A program made the position numbers and the translations under genes. DNA of 64,000 nt, from assembly GCA_038087875.1 (NCBI GenBank), contig CM075993.1, forward strand, positions 6,698,001 to 6,762,000, read 5' to 3'. Origin of the DNA: Malacoraja senta. Taxonomy: Eukaryota. The notes beneath the pieces are model-generated. The model ran no database searches. It saw only the letters and a list, made by a program, of their open reading frames with translations, and was not told the origin of the DNA. Below are positions 34,201 to 49,900 of this stretch, in pieces (the stretch's first letter is position 1; the number at the start of each line of letters is the position of its first letter).

Positions 34201-37200
34201 ACCACGTGTCGACCATGCTGCGAGTTTGACGGTCGAGGACAAACTCTTCTAAACCCGCAGATTAGGTCGCCGTGGTGGGACAGGCCCTCAAGTCCTCTGG
34301 TTCTTGATTCCAATACTCTGGGTAAAAGATTCTGCGCATTCACCCCATCTATTCTCATCATGATCTTCCCTTTATCCTGTATCTGTACACTGTGGACAGC
34401 TTGATTGTAATCAGGTATACTAAGTCTTTATGCTTTTAATGATAATAATAATGAGGGGGAGATCTCTCTCTCTCCCTCTTTCTCCCTCCCCTCTCTCTCT
34501 CTCTCACCCTCCCGCCCTCTCTCCCTCCCCTCTCTCTCTCTCTCCCTCCCACCCTCTCTCCCTCCATCTCTCTCTCCCTCCATCTCTATCTCCCACCCTC
34601 CCTCTCTCTCTCCCTCTCCCCGCTTTCCATCTCATCAGGGCTGCCAACTCTCACGCATTGAGCGTGAGAATCACGCATTCGGCCAAATTTTCACGCACTC
34701 ACGCTGATCACAAATTTCTCACGCTCTGTTGTGAGAAATACTGTGATCAACGCAAATTTCAAAACTCATATCCACTGCATGGGCCGCGGGTGTTGGAGAG
34801 CCGGGGCTGAGGAAGTGATGGAAGGAGAAGCAGCTGCGGGGACAGATGCGGACGGAGAGCCGGGGCTGGTGAGTGTTTGCCGGGCTGGCGAGTCGTTCGC
34901 TGCAGTTCCGGCCATGGAGCAGCCTCAGTGCAAGAGTCCCGGGCCATAGGAAGCGTTACGCCGCTGCCGTGAGAGTCTCTGTGCCGAATTGGCCCTGGTG
35001 ACTGGGATGGACCAGGCTGCGGCTCGGTGCATCCTGGAGGACAACCAGGGGCTGCTGGAAGTAAGTACCAAGCACTGGGGGTGGTTGGAGAAAGCATCCT
35101 GCTTGCTTGCTAGATTTTTACTTACTGTAACTACAGGAAATATGTTCCCGATGTTGGAGGAGTTCAGAGCCAGGGGTCACAGTTTAAGAATAAAGGGTAG
35201 GACAGTTAGGACTGAGATGAGGACAAACTTTCTTCACCCAGAGAGTTGTGAATCTGTGGAATTCTCTGCCACAGAAGGCAGTGGAGGCCAATTCACTGGA
35301 TGTTTTCAAGAGAGTTACATTTAGATCTTGGGGCTAGCGAAATCAAGGGATATGGGGAAAAAACAGGAAAGAGGTACTGATTTTAGATGAACAGCCATGA
35401 TCATATTGAATGGCTGTGCTGGCTCGAAGGGCCGAATGGCCTATTCCTGCACCTATTTTCTATGTTTCAATGCTTGAGTATATGGCAATAAAACTCGACC
35501 ACTTGATTTTGAAGCATTCATGCATGGTGGAGGTATAATATAGTCATAGAGTGATACAGTGTGAAAACAGGTCCTTCAGCCCAACTTGCCCACACCCGCC
35601 AACATGTCCCAGCTACACTACCTGCTTTTGGTCCATATCCCTCCAAACCTGTCCTATCCATGTATCAGTCTAACTGTTTCTTAAATGTTGGGATAGTCCC
35701 AGCCTCAACTACCTCCTCTGGCAGCTTGTTCCATACACCCACCACCCTTTGTGTGGAAAAAGTTACCCCTTAAAAAGTTACCTCTTAAAAATACTTCAAA
35801 CAAAAAACATTGAAATCATACTTCTACAATGCACTAAAACATGATTTTAATACATCAAATTTCAAAAAGTCCCTACCCCCACTCAGTTGGTCCACTCCCT
35901 CGCCGGGTACCCCCAAGGCCGGTGATCAGTGATCGCTCAGCCTCCCCACTTTCAAAAACGCTCCGCGGCCCCCTGGTTCAGACGGAGAACACTGCCAGAT
36001 GTGAGCGGGGAACTGAGGCCAGTTGACCATGATGTCTGGATCCCAATGCTCAGCGCTTCGTGTTTTGGAGTTGCCTAATGTTATTGATTTGTAATTAGCC
36101 TGATTTGTAATTAGTTGACAAAACCTTAATTTATTAATCCGGAATATCCAGGGGGGTGGGATAGTGTAATATTAAAATGATATGCAAGGTTTCAGGCTGT
36201 CTGTCACAACATACAGCCCCGATAACCCATTATTTCCTTCAGTTAAATATTGGGAAGGTAGCACTATTGTCATTTGCCACTATTGTCAACTATTATGTTT
36301 GTTTACCTCACTGACTATTTCCAACCCCACCCCCCTAAATTCCTTTGACAGGTTGAATAGAAATGTCCCCAATCTTGTTGTTTTATTAATTGAACACGTA
36401 GATGAACATCCTCAAGCAGTGTAATCAGATGGAAACTGATTCAGATGCGATGTTTAAGAGCTTGTTCAACGAAGGGCATATTTTAAAGGAGTGACAGAGA
36501 TACTCGCAGGGGAATGTGTGAGGAGGTTATTATTTGTCTTTAGTTTTAGCTTGAACCAGGACATCTGAAGATTCAAAGTTTAATATAGTGATTGTGCTGA
36601 TACTGACTCCAACCAACCACATAATGAATATCATCCATTCTGGAAGTTTTATTTTTCTGATGCCATATAAACTTCACTTGGATTTCAATCTCTTCAATGT
36701 AAAAGTAATTGGGAATGGGGAGCATTGGAACAAACATTTGCCCAAGGTACATATTAACGTAATATAATAATGTATGCATGTTGGTAGGTGCAATCAAAAC
36801 AAAGATATTTTATCATTGTTGTGTTATGAATACCACAGATAATATTATGTATTCTCAAGATCACATTTAATAGAATAATATTGCTTAAATATATAGTTAT
36901 TGGACTTTGCATTTCGGAAAAGTCCCAGCTGAGAGGAAGATAGCAAAATACTGAAAATATTGGGGGTGAAAATGACTTCAGGAGAGTTTGTTAGGAAAAT
37001 GAAGGAAATGGTAACCGAATACATACAGCTGAGTGAGTATAATTTTATGGATGAGAAATTGTGTTCAACCAATTGATGACTTCTTTGACAAAGTAACTAG
37101 CATGTTAGATAACAAGGAAGCCAATGGTTGTAGCAAATTTTGTTATGCAAAATTTGGTCTGTGAAGTGCCCCAATTAAGATTACCGCATTAGATAAGCAC

Positions 37201-37946
37201 CTATTGACTTAATAGGTGCTTAACGTAATAGGTTAAGTAATAGGTTAAGTCCAGGGTGTCAGATATGGGGCTTTATGCGTGGGCCAGACATATTGTCAGT
37301 GCAGAGGGGCTAGGAGCAAGGTCAAGTGTGCATCCAGAGTCAAGGTCTGGAATAGTACGAGGTGTGCAGTCAAAGCTGGGACAATGGGAGTGTTCAGCAC
37401 CGGGAACCTAAGCAGGTAAGCAGCTATGATCAGGGTAGAATAAGGGTCAGGTGTAAGGCTGGACTCGGGGTCAGGAATGAGAGAAGGTATGCAACTGGTG
37501 TCAGGGTCAGGAGTAGTACTAGGTGTGCAGTGAGACCCAGGTTGGTCAACATGGGCCAAGTGTTTGATTATAATCTGATTTCCATACATGAATGTACTTA
37601 GATCATTCATGTGCTCCACCTGTTGACCAGAGCCTGGCTCTACTGTGGAATGTAATTAGGAATGTAATTTAGCCCAACCTTATTCATAGCTAATCCAATT
37701 TAAAGCATAAATATTGCATTCAAGTGTAAGGTAAAAGACTCGCTACAGTATGCACCAGATTGCACAATTTCAAGCTGAAAAATGCAAATGCAAAGGGAGG
37801 TTGTGGGAGGGGGACCCTCCTCCCACACCCCCCCCCCTGCCTCAGTCGCTACGCTCCCCTGGGCTTGGTCTCTCGCAATTTCTCACTCCCAACTGTCACC
37901 CAATGTTGGCAGCCCTGATCTCATTCACCACCAAGACAGCACTCAC

Positions 37947-39540
37947 CTCGGGAAGAGTTGGGTAGTCCAGCTGCTCTGTTGACAAGGCCAAGGGTGGGTA
38001 TTTTGGCGGGTACTCTTGCCCACATGGTGCCGAGGCCTCCAGGATGTCCTCGGTCTGAACCGCCACCGACGAGTATGAGACTTGGAACGCAGGCTGCGGC
38101 ACTGTATTCACAGGTGAGACAGGAGATTTAAAGCCTTCTTGCGCTGCATTCCCGGGCATGTCCACCGTACAAATGCCCCCCTTTCTGGGCTTGTTATCTC
38201 CGGCATCCTCCGTCACTTCACAAGATGGCTGCACCTTGTCGAACGTGTCCACCTTTTGCGTCTGCGAACGGGCTTGAGGTGTCCGAGCGTCCACTTCTGT
38301 CCTCGACATCTCCATCTTTTGTAACTCATCGCTGGTCTTCATCGGTTCGCCATCGTTTCCCGACCTCACCTCCATCTGATCTGGCGCATGATCAGCAAAC
38401 CCACTCGGTGGCACTTTCTGACCGTCGGGTTCGGGTTGGGGTTGGGCGTCAACCTCGATGTTCTCCTCCGAAGCCTGAGTTAATTGTCGCTGCCTGAGTG
38501 TCTCTGGTCCCGAAATGGTTTCGAGGTACATATCCTTCATGGAGAAGTACATATCTTTGGCAGGAGATTGGGGGCTGGAGAACGTGGGCTCTTGGTCATC
38601 GGATTTGACGCCGTTTGTAAACGTTGTCACCTCAGATTGGGCTTCCTCGTGTGACTGGCGACCAAAGTCACTTTGTATCTCGGTTCTCTCGTTCTTTGGA
38701 CTGGAAGGCCTCTGCCTGTGTCCCAACACCACTGATGACACCTGCTCATCAATCCCCATGTAGTCCTCGGATTGGGAGCGCTGGGGATCCCTGCGCAGGT
38801 TGCTTCTCCTCAGAGTGTCCCTGAGGTAACGAGATAAGATGCCGGAGTCGCTGCCCTGGTCGACGCCATTCAGCGCGGTCTCGTCGCCCTCGACTTTCTT
38901 CGACGACACCCCGCCTTTGTCTCCTGAAATCTTCCTCTTTTTCTTCCTCGCTGCAAACTCCTTGTCCGACGGGTGAGGCGAAACGAGAGGCTCCACTTCG
39001 TAGATGCCGCTGCTGAACAAGAGGCACTTCTCCAAGTCGTCCAGCGAATCGTTAGCTGGCAGCTTCCCCTCCGTCATGGCGGCAAGCTCGGCCCCTTGGG
39101 GACCGGTGATGTAGCCGTTGTGAATCTCGGCTCTCGACGCAGTGTCTTTCTCAGTCTGCTCGACGCTCTTGCTCAACGTCGTGTCTGGGTCAGGGATGTG
39201 CACTTTGAACCCATCCTCTTTGTCCCTCCAAGAGTCGAGAGAGCCCGCTTTGGCTTCGAGCTGGGACTTGCGTTTGCGCTGGGCTCTCTCTGGACTCAAC
39301 ATCCTCTGGAGGTTGCGATCTTGGACGTTGGCCATGGAGGCGATGTTCTCCTTGCCCCTCATCCTGGACTCCTCCAACTCGCGCCTCTTGGCGTCTGCTT
39401 TCTGCTTCAGCCTGGAGAACCACCGCTGATGGATCTTGTACTCGTTCATGGTGCCCACCTCCAGGACGCCAGAGCACGAGACGATCCCTTTGCTGTTCCT
39501 GGCCGAAGCTTGGTAAATGGCGGCATCGTCCTCCGTACAT
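37947..39540 (-). CDS. ALPK3: ALPK3 large exon, copy 2
   Basis: Same splice sites; translation identical to copy 1 (three synonymous differences seen). Confidence 0.93.
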
Positions 39541-40797
39541 CTGCAGGCACAAACCGTTCTTGGTTACAAGCGACGCTACTCGAGGCTAAACCAGTCAACC
39601 TACTCAACACATTTCAATAGCAATTTGGCAACTTGGTTTTGAAAAGGATAGATGCCCAGGAAAAGGGCTTAGAAACGGAGTTATTGTCCAAAAATAACTC
39701 CATGAAAAGATCTTCAGCACAAGCTTGAAATTCCTCGAATTTCCCATCTTAAATACCTGAATGTTTTCAGATATTAAATAAAAACTAAAGACACTGCAAA
39801 GACTCAGCAGGTCAGCCAGCATCTATGGATAGAGACACAAAGTCAATGTTTCAGGTCAAGGACTGTCACACAAAGGGTTTTGAAAGATGTAGAAACAAGA
39901 AACTGCAGATGCGGTTTACAAAAACAAGACACCTTGCCTCACCTGGGGGACAGGGATGTACGGCCAATGTTGTGCCTATCCACTGCCTCCAGAACATTGC
40001 CCATGATGTGTGTTGTTGGAACAACTGAGGGACGTTGCAGGACCAGACCAGAGCAAAAGCTTTTCTTACCTGACCTTACCTTGGACAGGTAGAAACAAGG
40101 ATCTGCAGGTGCTGGTTGACAAAAAAAGACGTCATATGCTGGAGTAACTCAGCGGGCCAGGCAGCATCTCTGGTAGATATGGATAGGTGACATATTGGAC
40201 AGGTATATGGGTAGGAAAGGTTTAGAGGGATATGGGCCAAATGCATGGGAAGGAACTGCTGATGTAGCACCAAGCTGTAGTAAGCTCAGCGGGTCAGACA
40301 GCATCTCTGGAGAAAAGGAATAGGTGACGTTTCGGGTCGAGACCCTTCTTCAGACCATAAAAACCAAATGCAGGCAAGTGGGTAATAGACAATAGACAAT
40401 AGGTGCAGGAGTAGGCTATTTGGGCCTTCGAGCCAGCACTACCATTCAATGTGATCGTGGCTGATCATCCCCAATCAGTACCCCGTTCCTGCCTTCTCCC
40501 CATATCCCCTGACTCTGCTTTTTTTTTAAAAGCCCTATCTAGCTCTCTCTTGAAAGCATCCAGAGAACCTGCCTCCACCGCCCACTGAGGCAGAGAATTC
40601 CACAGACTCACCACTCTCTGTGAGAAAAAGTGTTTCCTCGTCCCCGTTCTAAATGGCTTACTCCTTATTCTTAAACTGTGGCCCCTGGTTCTGGACTCCT
40701 TGGTGGACTTTGGGGTACCTTGGTGGGCATGGGCAAGTTGGGTGTGTTTCTGTGCTGTATGACATAGACTGTATGACTCCATGGCTCCGTCACTTAC

Positions 40798-40915
40798 TTG
40801 TACAGCTGAAGTGAGTGTTTCTTTCCATATTGGAATATTTGATACTTGGGAAGGCCGCAATATCGGTCCATCTCCTTGTCGTCTTTGTACCATGTGATCT
40901 CCGGCGCTGGATGTC
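40798..40915 (-). CDS. ALPK3: ALPK3 118-nt Ig exon, copy 2
   Basis: Same splice sites; one synonymous TAC/TAT difference. Confidence 0.93.
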
Positions 40916-43900
40916 CTAGGAATAGAACATATTCAGGTCAGCCACAGGGTCATTTACATTCAAAATAAGAGATACAACATGGTTAGTCAGAAAGCCCAAA
41001 GCATCTCAGTGCTGGTGCACCCATTGTATTCATTAGTATTAATTTTAAGGAAAGACACAAAGTGGTGGAGTGACTTAGTGGGTCGGGCAGCATCTCTGGA
41101 GAAAATGGATAGGTGATCTTTCGGGTTGGGACACTTCTTCAGACCTGGTTACTCCAGCACTTTGTGGCTTTTTATGCAGTTCCTTCATATTACGGTGATT
41201 GAAGGATGTACTGAAGGGCGATACGTGGGCAGCGGGTAGTGCCACTGTCACACAGTTCCAGTGACACTCAGGGTATTTACAATGGCTGATTATCCCACCA
41301 AGTTGCACATCCTTGAGATTTTAGTTTAGTTTAGAGATACGGCATGTAAAATAGGCCTTTCGGCCCACCGAGTCCACACTGACCAGCGATCCCCGCACAT
41401 TAGCAATACCCTACATTGCACTATTTTACATTTATGCCAATTACAAACCTGTATGCCTTTGGAGTGTGGGAGGAAACCAAAGATCTCAGAGAAAACCCAC
41501 GCAGGTCACGTGGAGAACGTACAAACTCCGTACAGGCAGCGCCCGTAGCGAGGATCAAACCCGTGTCTCTGGCGCTGCACGGCAGTAGCTCTGCCGCTGT
41601 GGCACCGTGATCTGGGAGGAAACGGTGGACAGCACCCCGGAGGAATCCCACGCGGTCACAAGGCGAATGTGCAAACTCCACACAGACAGCACCAGAGATC
41701 AGGATCGACCCAGACATAGGAGACAATGAATTTGAAAGACGACAACTCTACCAGCTGCGCCACTGAGCTGAATAATTCCCAGAGGAACAGTGATCTCAGA
41801 GGCAAGGATAAAGTGAATACCTATTGTCTTTTTCCCCCAAGCAAAGGACAGCCCAGAACTAGAGGGCACAGGTTTATGGTGAGAGGGGAAAGATTTAAAA
41901 GCCACCTGGAGAACAAATTCTTCACACAGAGGCTGGTGGATAAACAGAACGAACTGCCTGAGGGTGGCACAGTGGTGCAGCGGTAGAATTGCTGCCTTAC
42001 AGCATCAACGACCCTGGTTCGATCCTGACTAGGGGTGCTGTCTGTAACATTGTAGACTTTCTCCGAGCGGTTTCCTCCCACATTCAAAAGAACTGCAGGT
42101 TTGTGGGTGAATTGGCTTCTGTAAACTGTCCCTAATGTATAGGATAGGACGAGTGTATGGGGAACGCTGGTCGGCACGGACTCGGTGGGCCGAAGGGCCT
42201 GTTTCCATGCTGTATCTCTAAACTAAACTGAACTAAAGGAATGAGTAGAGGCAACTTTTAAAGGGCATTTGGAAAGGTGCACGGACTGGAAACGTTTAGA
42301 GGGAATGTGTAGGACGGAACACAAAGGTAGACACAAAAATCTGGAGTAACTCAGTGGGTCAGGACCTCTGGAGATAAGGAATGCTGTAGGTGACGTTTTG
42401 GATTGAGAAGTCTGAAGAAGGATCTCGACCCGAAACATCACCTATTCCCTTTCTCCAGAGAAGCCGCCTGTCCCGCTGAGTTACTCCAGCTTTTTGTGTC
42501 TATCTAAGGATTAGAAGCATATGGGCCAAATGCGGGAAGTTGGGACTAGCATAGATGGGGAATCTCAGGTGGCAAGGACAAGTTGTAAAACCCATTTCTG
42601 TTGTAAAACCCAGTCGGCGTGGACGAGAGTGGCTGAAGGACCTGTGTCCCTGGGGTAAGGCTCTATGAGGGTGGCAGACTTTGAATGTCCTTGAAGGGGA
42701 GAGGGGAAGGGCTGGAAGTGAAGGAGCAGATTTATTTTTAAACGCAGCAAGGATCTTGGAGCCTTTACAGCTCCAGACTCTACAAGCAAGGACAGAGTGT
42801 TAAGCAGCATCCAGCATTGGTGGTATCCCTTCACAGATTGCCTCCATATTCTGGCTGGTGGTTTTCAGTTTAGTTTCGTTTAGTTTAGAGATGCAGCACG
42901 AAAACAGGCCCTTCGGCCCACCCAGTCCGCACCGACCAGCGATCCCCGCACATTAACACTATCCTACACACGCTAGGGACAATATTACAATCAATTAACC
43001 TACAAACCTAAACGTCTTTGGAGTGTGGGAGGAAACCGAAGATCTCGGAGAAAACCCACGCAGGTCACGGGGAGAACGTACAAACTCCGTACAGACAGCA
43101 CCCGTGGTCAGGATCGAACCTGGGTCACCGGCGCTGTAAGGCAGCAGCTCTACCGCTGCGCCACCGTGCCGTTATTGTCATGTGTACCGAGGTACAGTGA
43201 AAACATAGAAACATAGAAAATAGGTGCAGGAGTACCATTCAATATGATCATGGCTGATCATCCAACTCAGTATCCTGTACCTGCCTTCTCTCCATACCCC
43301 CTGATCCCTTTAGCCACAAGGGCCACATCTAACTCCCTCTTAAATATAGCCAATGAACTGGCCTCAACCACCCTCTGTGGCAGAAAATTCCACAGATTCA
43401 CCACTCTGTGTGTGAAAAACAATGTTCTCATCTCGGTCCTAAAAGACTTCCCCCTTATCCTCAAACTGTGACCCCTTGTTCTGGACTTCCCCAACTTCCC
43501 CATCGGGAAGGTTTTTGTTGCGTGCTAACCAGTCAGCGGAAAGGCAGTACATGATTACAATCGAGCCATTGACAGCGTATAGATACATGATAAGGGAATA
43601 ACATTTACAAAGGGAATTAACTTTGGGCAGCAACTTAGATTAGAAGTGCTCACAGCATTATTGCATGACCCCAACTTGCCTCTGGGTAGAATTAAACTGA
43701 AGCTTTGAACACCAAACCGGTCATAGAACAGATTCATAGGTTGACGCAAAATACTGGAGTAACTCAGCGGGTCAGGCAGCATCTCTGGAGAACATGCACA
43801 GGTGACTTTTCATGTCGGGATTGGGAAGAGCCTGAGGAAAGGTCCAGACCCAGAACATCACCTATTCATGTTCTCCAGAGATGCTGCTAGGAGACGTTTC

Positions 43901-46900
43901 AGGTCAGGACCTATCTTCACACTCTTGTTATAACAGCAGGTACATGGATAGGCAAGGTTTAGAAGGATATGGGCCAAACGCAGGGAGATGGGACTAGTGG
44001 AGATGGGTCATCTTGTGGGAAATTTGGGGCAAAAGTTATGGATCCGTGCAGTATGACTCAGTCTGAAGAAGGGTCCCGACCCAAATCTTCACATATCCAT
44101 GTTCTCCGGAGATGCTGCCTGGCCCACTGAGTATTCCTGTGTTACAGCAGTGTCTACAATTCAGAAATATCACCTTGGCTGTAAAGAGCATTGGAACAGT
44201 CTGTGGTTATAAGGGGCACGAAACAAATGTGAGACTTTTTCTTTCTTTGTTAAATCTTGAAAATTAAAATTCTCTTAGTTTTTTCCGTTCTTTTATCAGG
44301 CTGAAGAAGGGTCTCGACCAGAAACATCACCATCACCTATCACCTTTCACCTATCCAAAGGTCAGGACCTTTCCTCAGACTCTTCTCAGACCCAACCTGA
44401 AAAGTCACCTGTCCATGTTCTCCAGAGATGCTGAGTTACTCCAGCACTTTGTGTCTTTTTGTAAAGTGAACCTGCATCTGCAGTTCCTCGTGTCTACCAG
44501 TCATAGGGTGCATTTGTAAGTTTGGTGCCAGTAACATCCTGTTTTCAGGCAGATGCTAAGCAAGAGTTGCCCGAGCACTATTGCAGGGTCGAGGAGAAGG
44601 GGCCCAGAGTTAAACATAGAAACATAGATGCAGGAGGAGGCCATTCGGCCCTTCGAGCCAGCACCGCCATTCATTGTGATCATGGCTGATTGTCCCCAAT
44701 CAATAACCCGTGCCTGCCTTCTCCCCATATCCCTTGATTCCACTAGCCCCTAGAGCTCTATCTAACTCTCTCTTAAATCCATCCAGTGATTTGGCCTCCA
44801 CTGCCCTCTGTGGCAGAAAATTCCATAAATTCACAACTCTCTGGGTGAAAACGTTTTTTCTCACCTCAGTCTTAAATGGCCTCCCCTTTATTCTAAGACT
44901 GTGGCCCCTGGTTCTGGACTCGCCCAACATTGGGAACATTTTTCCTGCATCTAGCTTGTCCAGTCCTTTTATAATTTTATATGTTTCTATAAGATCCCCA
45001 CCTCATCCTTCTAAACTCCAGTGAATACAAGCCTAGTCTTTTCAATCTTTCCTCAAATGACAGTTCCGCCATCGCAGGGATCAATCTCGTGAACCTACGC
45101 TGCACTGCCTCAATCACAAGGATGTCCTTCCTCAAATTAGGAGACCAAAACTGTACACAATACTCCAGATGTGGTCTCATCAGAGCCCTATACAACTGCA
45201 GAAGAACCTCTCTACTCCTATACTGAAATCCTCTTGTTATGATGAGTTGGATGAATCAGATCAAAAGCACCCGTTTTGTACAGTGGAGTGAAAGGGGTAA
45301 AGAGATATGATCCAAAGGAAGATATGGAGGGATATGGGCCTACGATAGGTTTCGGGGAATATGACCCAAAGAAGGTTTTAGAGGGAAATAAGTTCTTAAG
45401 TCATAGCAACAGAATTAGGCCATTCTGCCCATCGACTATACTCTGCGATTCAATCATGGCTGATCTATCTTTTCCTCTCATCCTCATTCTCCTGCCTTCT
45501 CCCCATAACCTTTGACACCCGTTATTAATCAAGAACCTATCAATCTCCGTCTTAAAAATACCCCGTGACTTGGCCTCCACAGCCATCTGTGGCGATAAAT
45601 TCCACAAATCAACCACCCTCTGACTAAATAAATTCCTCCTCATCTTCTTTCTAAAGGTACGTCCTTTTATTCTGAGATATGGGCCAATAAAAGGTTTATA
45701 GGGATATGAGCCAAACGCAGGCAGGTGGGGCTTGTGTGGTTGGGGTAGCTTGGTCAGCATAGGCAAGTTGGGCCGAAGGGCCTGCTTCCATGCCGATTGA
45801 CTCAATGATTCTATGACTGAGTCTCCTTAAGGCAGAGATAGAGATTCTTGATTAGTACGAGTATCGGAGGTTATGGGGAGAAGGCAGGAGAATGGGGTTA
45901 GGAGGGATAGATAGATCAGCCATGATTGATTGGCGGAGTAGACTTGATGGGCCCAATGGCCTAATTCTGCTCCGGTTCCTTATGACCTTGTGAACTTCTG
46001 CAGTTTATGACATCAAGACAAACACGGGGAAGGTATTGCCATTATGGACTCTCCCTCCTTGAGTTCGTCTCTTGATCTCTTGTCAACCTGTTTTGTTCTA
46101 GCTATTTCTTGACTCCTAATCACCCCGCTCCACCCCAATCATTTAGTCTGAAGAAAGATTCCGACCCAATAGACAATAGGTGCAGGAGTAGGCCATTTGG
46201 CCCATCGAGGCAGCACCGTCATTCAATGTGATCATGGCTGATCATCCCCAATCAGTACCCCGTTCCTGCCTTCTCCCCACATCCCCTGCCTCCACTATCT
46301 TTAAGAGCCCTATCTAGCTCTCTCTTGAAAGTATCCAGAGAACCGGCCTCCACCGCCCTCTGAGGCAGAGAATTCCACAGACTCACAGCTCTCTGTGTGA
46401 AAAAGAGACCCGAACTGTCACGTATTCCTTTTCTCCAGAGATGCTGCCTGATCCATTGACATTCCAGCATTTTATGTCTATTTTGATCATATGGCCAAAT
46501 GTGAGAATGTTTAGTCTAGTTTAGTGTCACGTGTACCGATGTTACAGTGAAAAGCTAACCAGTCAACGGAGGGACAATACATGATTACAATCGAGCCAAC
46601 TAGAGTGTACAGATACATGCTAAAGGGAACACTTAGTGCAAGATAAAGTCAGATTAAAGATAGTCGATGGGTCCCCAAAGAGGCAGAATAGTGAACGGCC
46701 TGGATAGAGTGGGTATGGGGAGATTGTTTCCACTAGTGGGAGAGTCTCGGACCAGATGTCATAGCACAGAATTAAAGGACATTCCTTTAGGAAGGAGATG
46801 AGGAGGAATTTCTTTCGTCAGAGGGTGGTGAATCTGTGGAATTCATTTCCACAGAAGTTTGTGGAGGCCGAGTCAGTGGATATTTTTAAGGCAGAGATAG

Positions 46901-49900
46901 ATAGATTTTTGATTAGTACGGGTGTCAGGGATTCTGGGAAGAAGGCAGGAGAATGGGCTTAGGAGGGAGAGATAGATCAGCCATGATTGAACGGCGGAGT
47001 AGACTTGATGGGCCGAAGGGCCTAATTCTGCTCCTATCACTAACGGACAAGAATCTCCACAAAGTGCGGTGCACTGCACCGGTGATGCCATCACGTTGAC
47101 ATGGAATGCCTGACAGACCGAGTGACCCGGCCTCTCGAGAGAAGTTTGACAACAACCAGAGTCAAAGCACTTCAGTATACACACACACTGTTCATGTGAT
47201 CCTATCTCACATGTCCCTGCCCGCTTCTTCCTTTTGTGAGTCATGAGTCAGGTTACAGAAATAACACTGAATTGATGTGTAACATCATTTTATATTATTG
47301 TGCAAAGTGTAAGCTGAGAGTGTGATGTTGCAGAGTCTTATAGCATGGCAGTAACGGGACTGTCGTATGAGGAAAGATTGAAAAGACTAGGCTTGTATTC
47401 ACTGGAGTTTAGAAGGATGAGGGGGATCTCATAGAAACATATAAAATTATAAAAGGACTGGACAAGCTAGATGCAGGAAAAATGTTCCCAATGTTGGGCG
47501 AGTCCAGAACCAGGGGCCACAGTCTTAGAATAAAAGGGAGGTCAATTAAGACTGAGGTGAGAAAAAACGTTTTCACCCAGAGAGTTGTGAATTTGTGGAA
47601 TTCCCTGCCACAGAGGGCAGTGGAGGCCAAGTCACTGGATGGATTTAAGAGAGAGAGTTAGATAGAGCTCTAGGGGCTAGTGGAGTCAAGGGATATGGGG
47701 AGAAGGCAGGCACGGGTTATTGATAGGGAACGATCAGCCATGATCACAATGAATGGTGGTGCTGGCTCGAAGGGCTGAATGGCCTCCTCCTGCACCTATT
47801 TTCTATGTTTCTATGGCCAGCTCTTTAGGCAGGGCTGTCTCATTGATCTCTGATTTATCATTCGTTCTAATTATTGTTTTTTTACTGTCAACATTTATTT
47901 TTTTCATTTGCATATGCCACACAATGTGCCAGTCGACTGGACATTGCCGCACCATCCGTTCTTCCGAACCAACACCTTTGACCACAAGGGCATTGGTCAG
48001 CACGGATCGTCCTACCGGCACTGCAGGGAAATGACTCCATGGATCCTGTGGCGTGGTTCCCAGACTGCCCAGCTTGCCTGGCAAAATGCCTCATCGTCAG
48101 AACTCACCAACCATCAGGGGGAATAGATAGAATCTCTTTGAGGCACAAAATGCTGGAGTAACTCAGCGGGACAGGCAGCATCTCTGGAGGGAAGGAATGT
48201 TTGACTTACAGGTCGAGACCCTTCTTCAGACTGAGAGTCAGGGGGGGGGAGATACAGAGATAAGGAAGTGCAAGGTGTAAGGTCGAGACATCAAAGGGGG
48301 GTGGAGATCATGGAAAATGTAGAATGGATCATTGTTAGCTAGGAGATGGTGACAATCTCCTAGCTAAGGAGATAGGAGCGAATGCAGCGCCAGAGACCCT
48401 GGTTCAATCCCAACCACGGGTGCTGTCTGTACGGAGTTTGTACGTTCTCCCCATGACCTGCATGGGTTTTCTCCGAGATCTTCGGTTTCCTCCAACACTC
48501 CAAAGATGTACAGGTTTGTAGGTTAATTGGCTTGGTAAATTGTCCCTAGTGGGTGTAGGATAGTGTTAATGTGCGGGTATCGCTGGTCGGCGCGGACCCA
48601 GTGGGCAGAAGAGCCGGTTTCCGCGCTGTATCTCAAAACTAAACTAAATGAAGCAAACAGAGATAGAATGTACTCGGAGACAGTCAGACTGGTGGGAGAA
48701 CTGGGAAGGAGGAGGGATGGAGAGGGAGGGAAAGCAAGGGTTACTTGAAGTTAGAGAAGCCAATGTTCATACCGCTGGGGTGTAAGCTGCCCAAGCAAAA
48801 TATGAGATGCTGTTCCTCCAATTTGCGCTGGGCCTCACTCTGACAATGGAGGAGGCCCAGGACAGAAAGGTCAGTGTGGGAATGGGAGGGGGAGTTAAAG
48901 TGTTTGGCAAACGGAGGTTTGTTTAGCTGAAGTTTGTTTAGTTTAGATTAGTTTAGTTTCATTTCGTTTAGAGATACAGCGCGGAAACAGGCCCTTCGGC
49001 CCACCGAGACCCAGCCAACCAGCGATCCCCGCACATTAACACTATCCTACACACAGTAGGGACAATTTACATCTATACCAAGCCAATTAATTGACAAACC
49101 TGTACGTTTTTGGTGTGCGGGAAGAAACTGGAGATCCTGGAGAAAACCCACGCAGGTCACGAGGAGAACGTACAAACTCCATACATGCCTTTTATATTTT
49201 ACTTCCTGTGCCGTTTGTGTCTCAGGAACTTTCTTTAGATTTTGACTAACTTCGGGAAAATTGGACACCAAATAGTGGAGAGTGAAGACGACCTCCTTCA
49301 ACCTCCTTTCGACTATCATGAAGACTACGTACGACTACCTTCGACTTCCCTCGATTACCTACGACTAACAAGACTAAACCTACGAGCAAAAAAGTATCGA
49401 TTTTTTCCATGGCAACCTTTTTTTACTCGTCCTACGACCTCGTGTCGACCATGCTGCGAGTATGAGTCGAGGGCAAACTCGCCAGAACTCGCGGATTAGG
49501 TCGCCCAAGTGGGACAGGCCCTTAACTCAGCAGGTCAGGCAGCATCTCTGGAGAACATCCATTGGTGGCATTTTGGATCGGTACCCTTCTTCTGACTCTT
49601 CACATTGAGCCCTTGCATTGCTTTCCTCCCTTTAGGCTTTAGAGACGCAGAGTGGAAACAGGCCCTCTGGCCCACCGGGTCCACGTCAACCAGCGATCAC
49701 CCCGTACTCTAGCACTATGCTACACGCCAGGGACAATTTACAATATACAGAAGCAAAATTAACCTACAAACCTGTACGCCTTTGGAGTGTGGAGGGAAAC
49801 CGGAGCGCCCGGAGAAAACACACGCGGTCACACACGGAAAACGTCCAAACTCTGTACAGACAGCACCCGTAGTCAGGATGGAACCTGGGTCTCTGGTGCT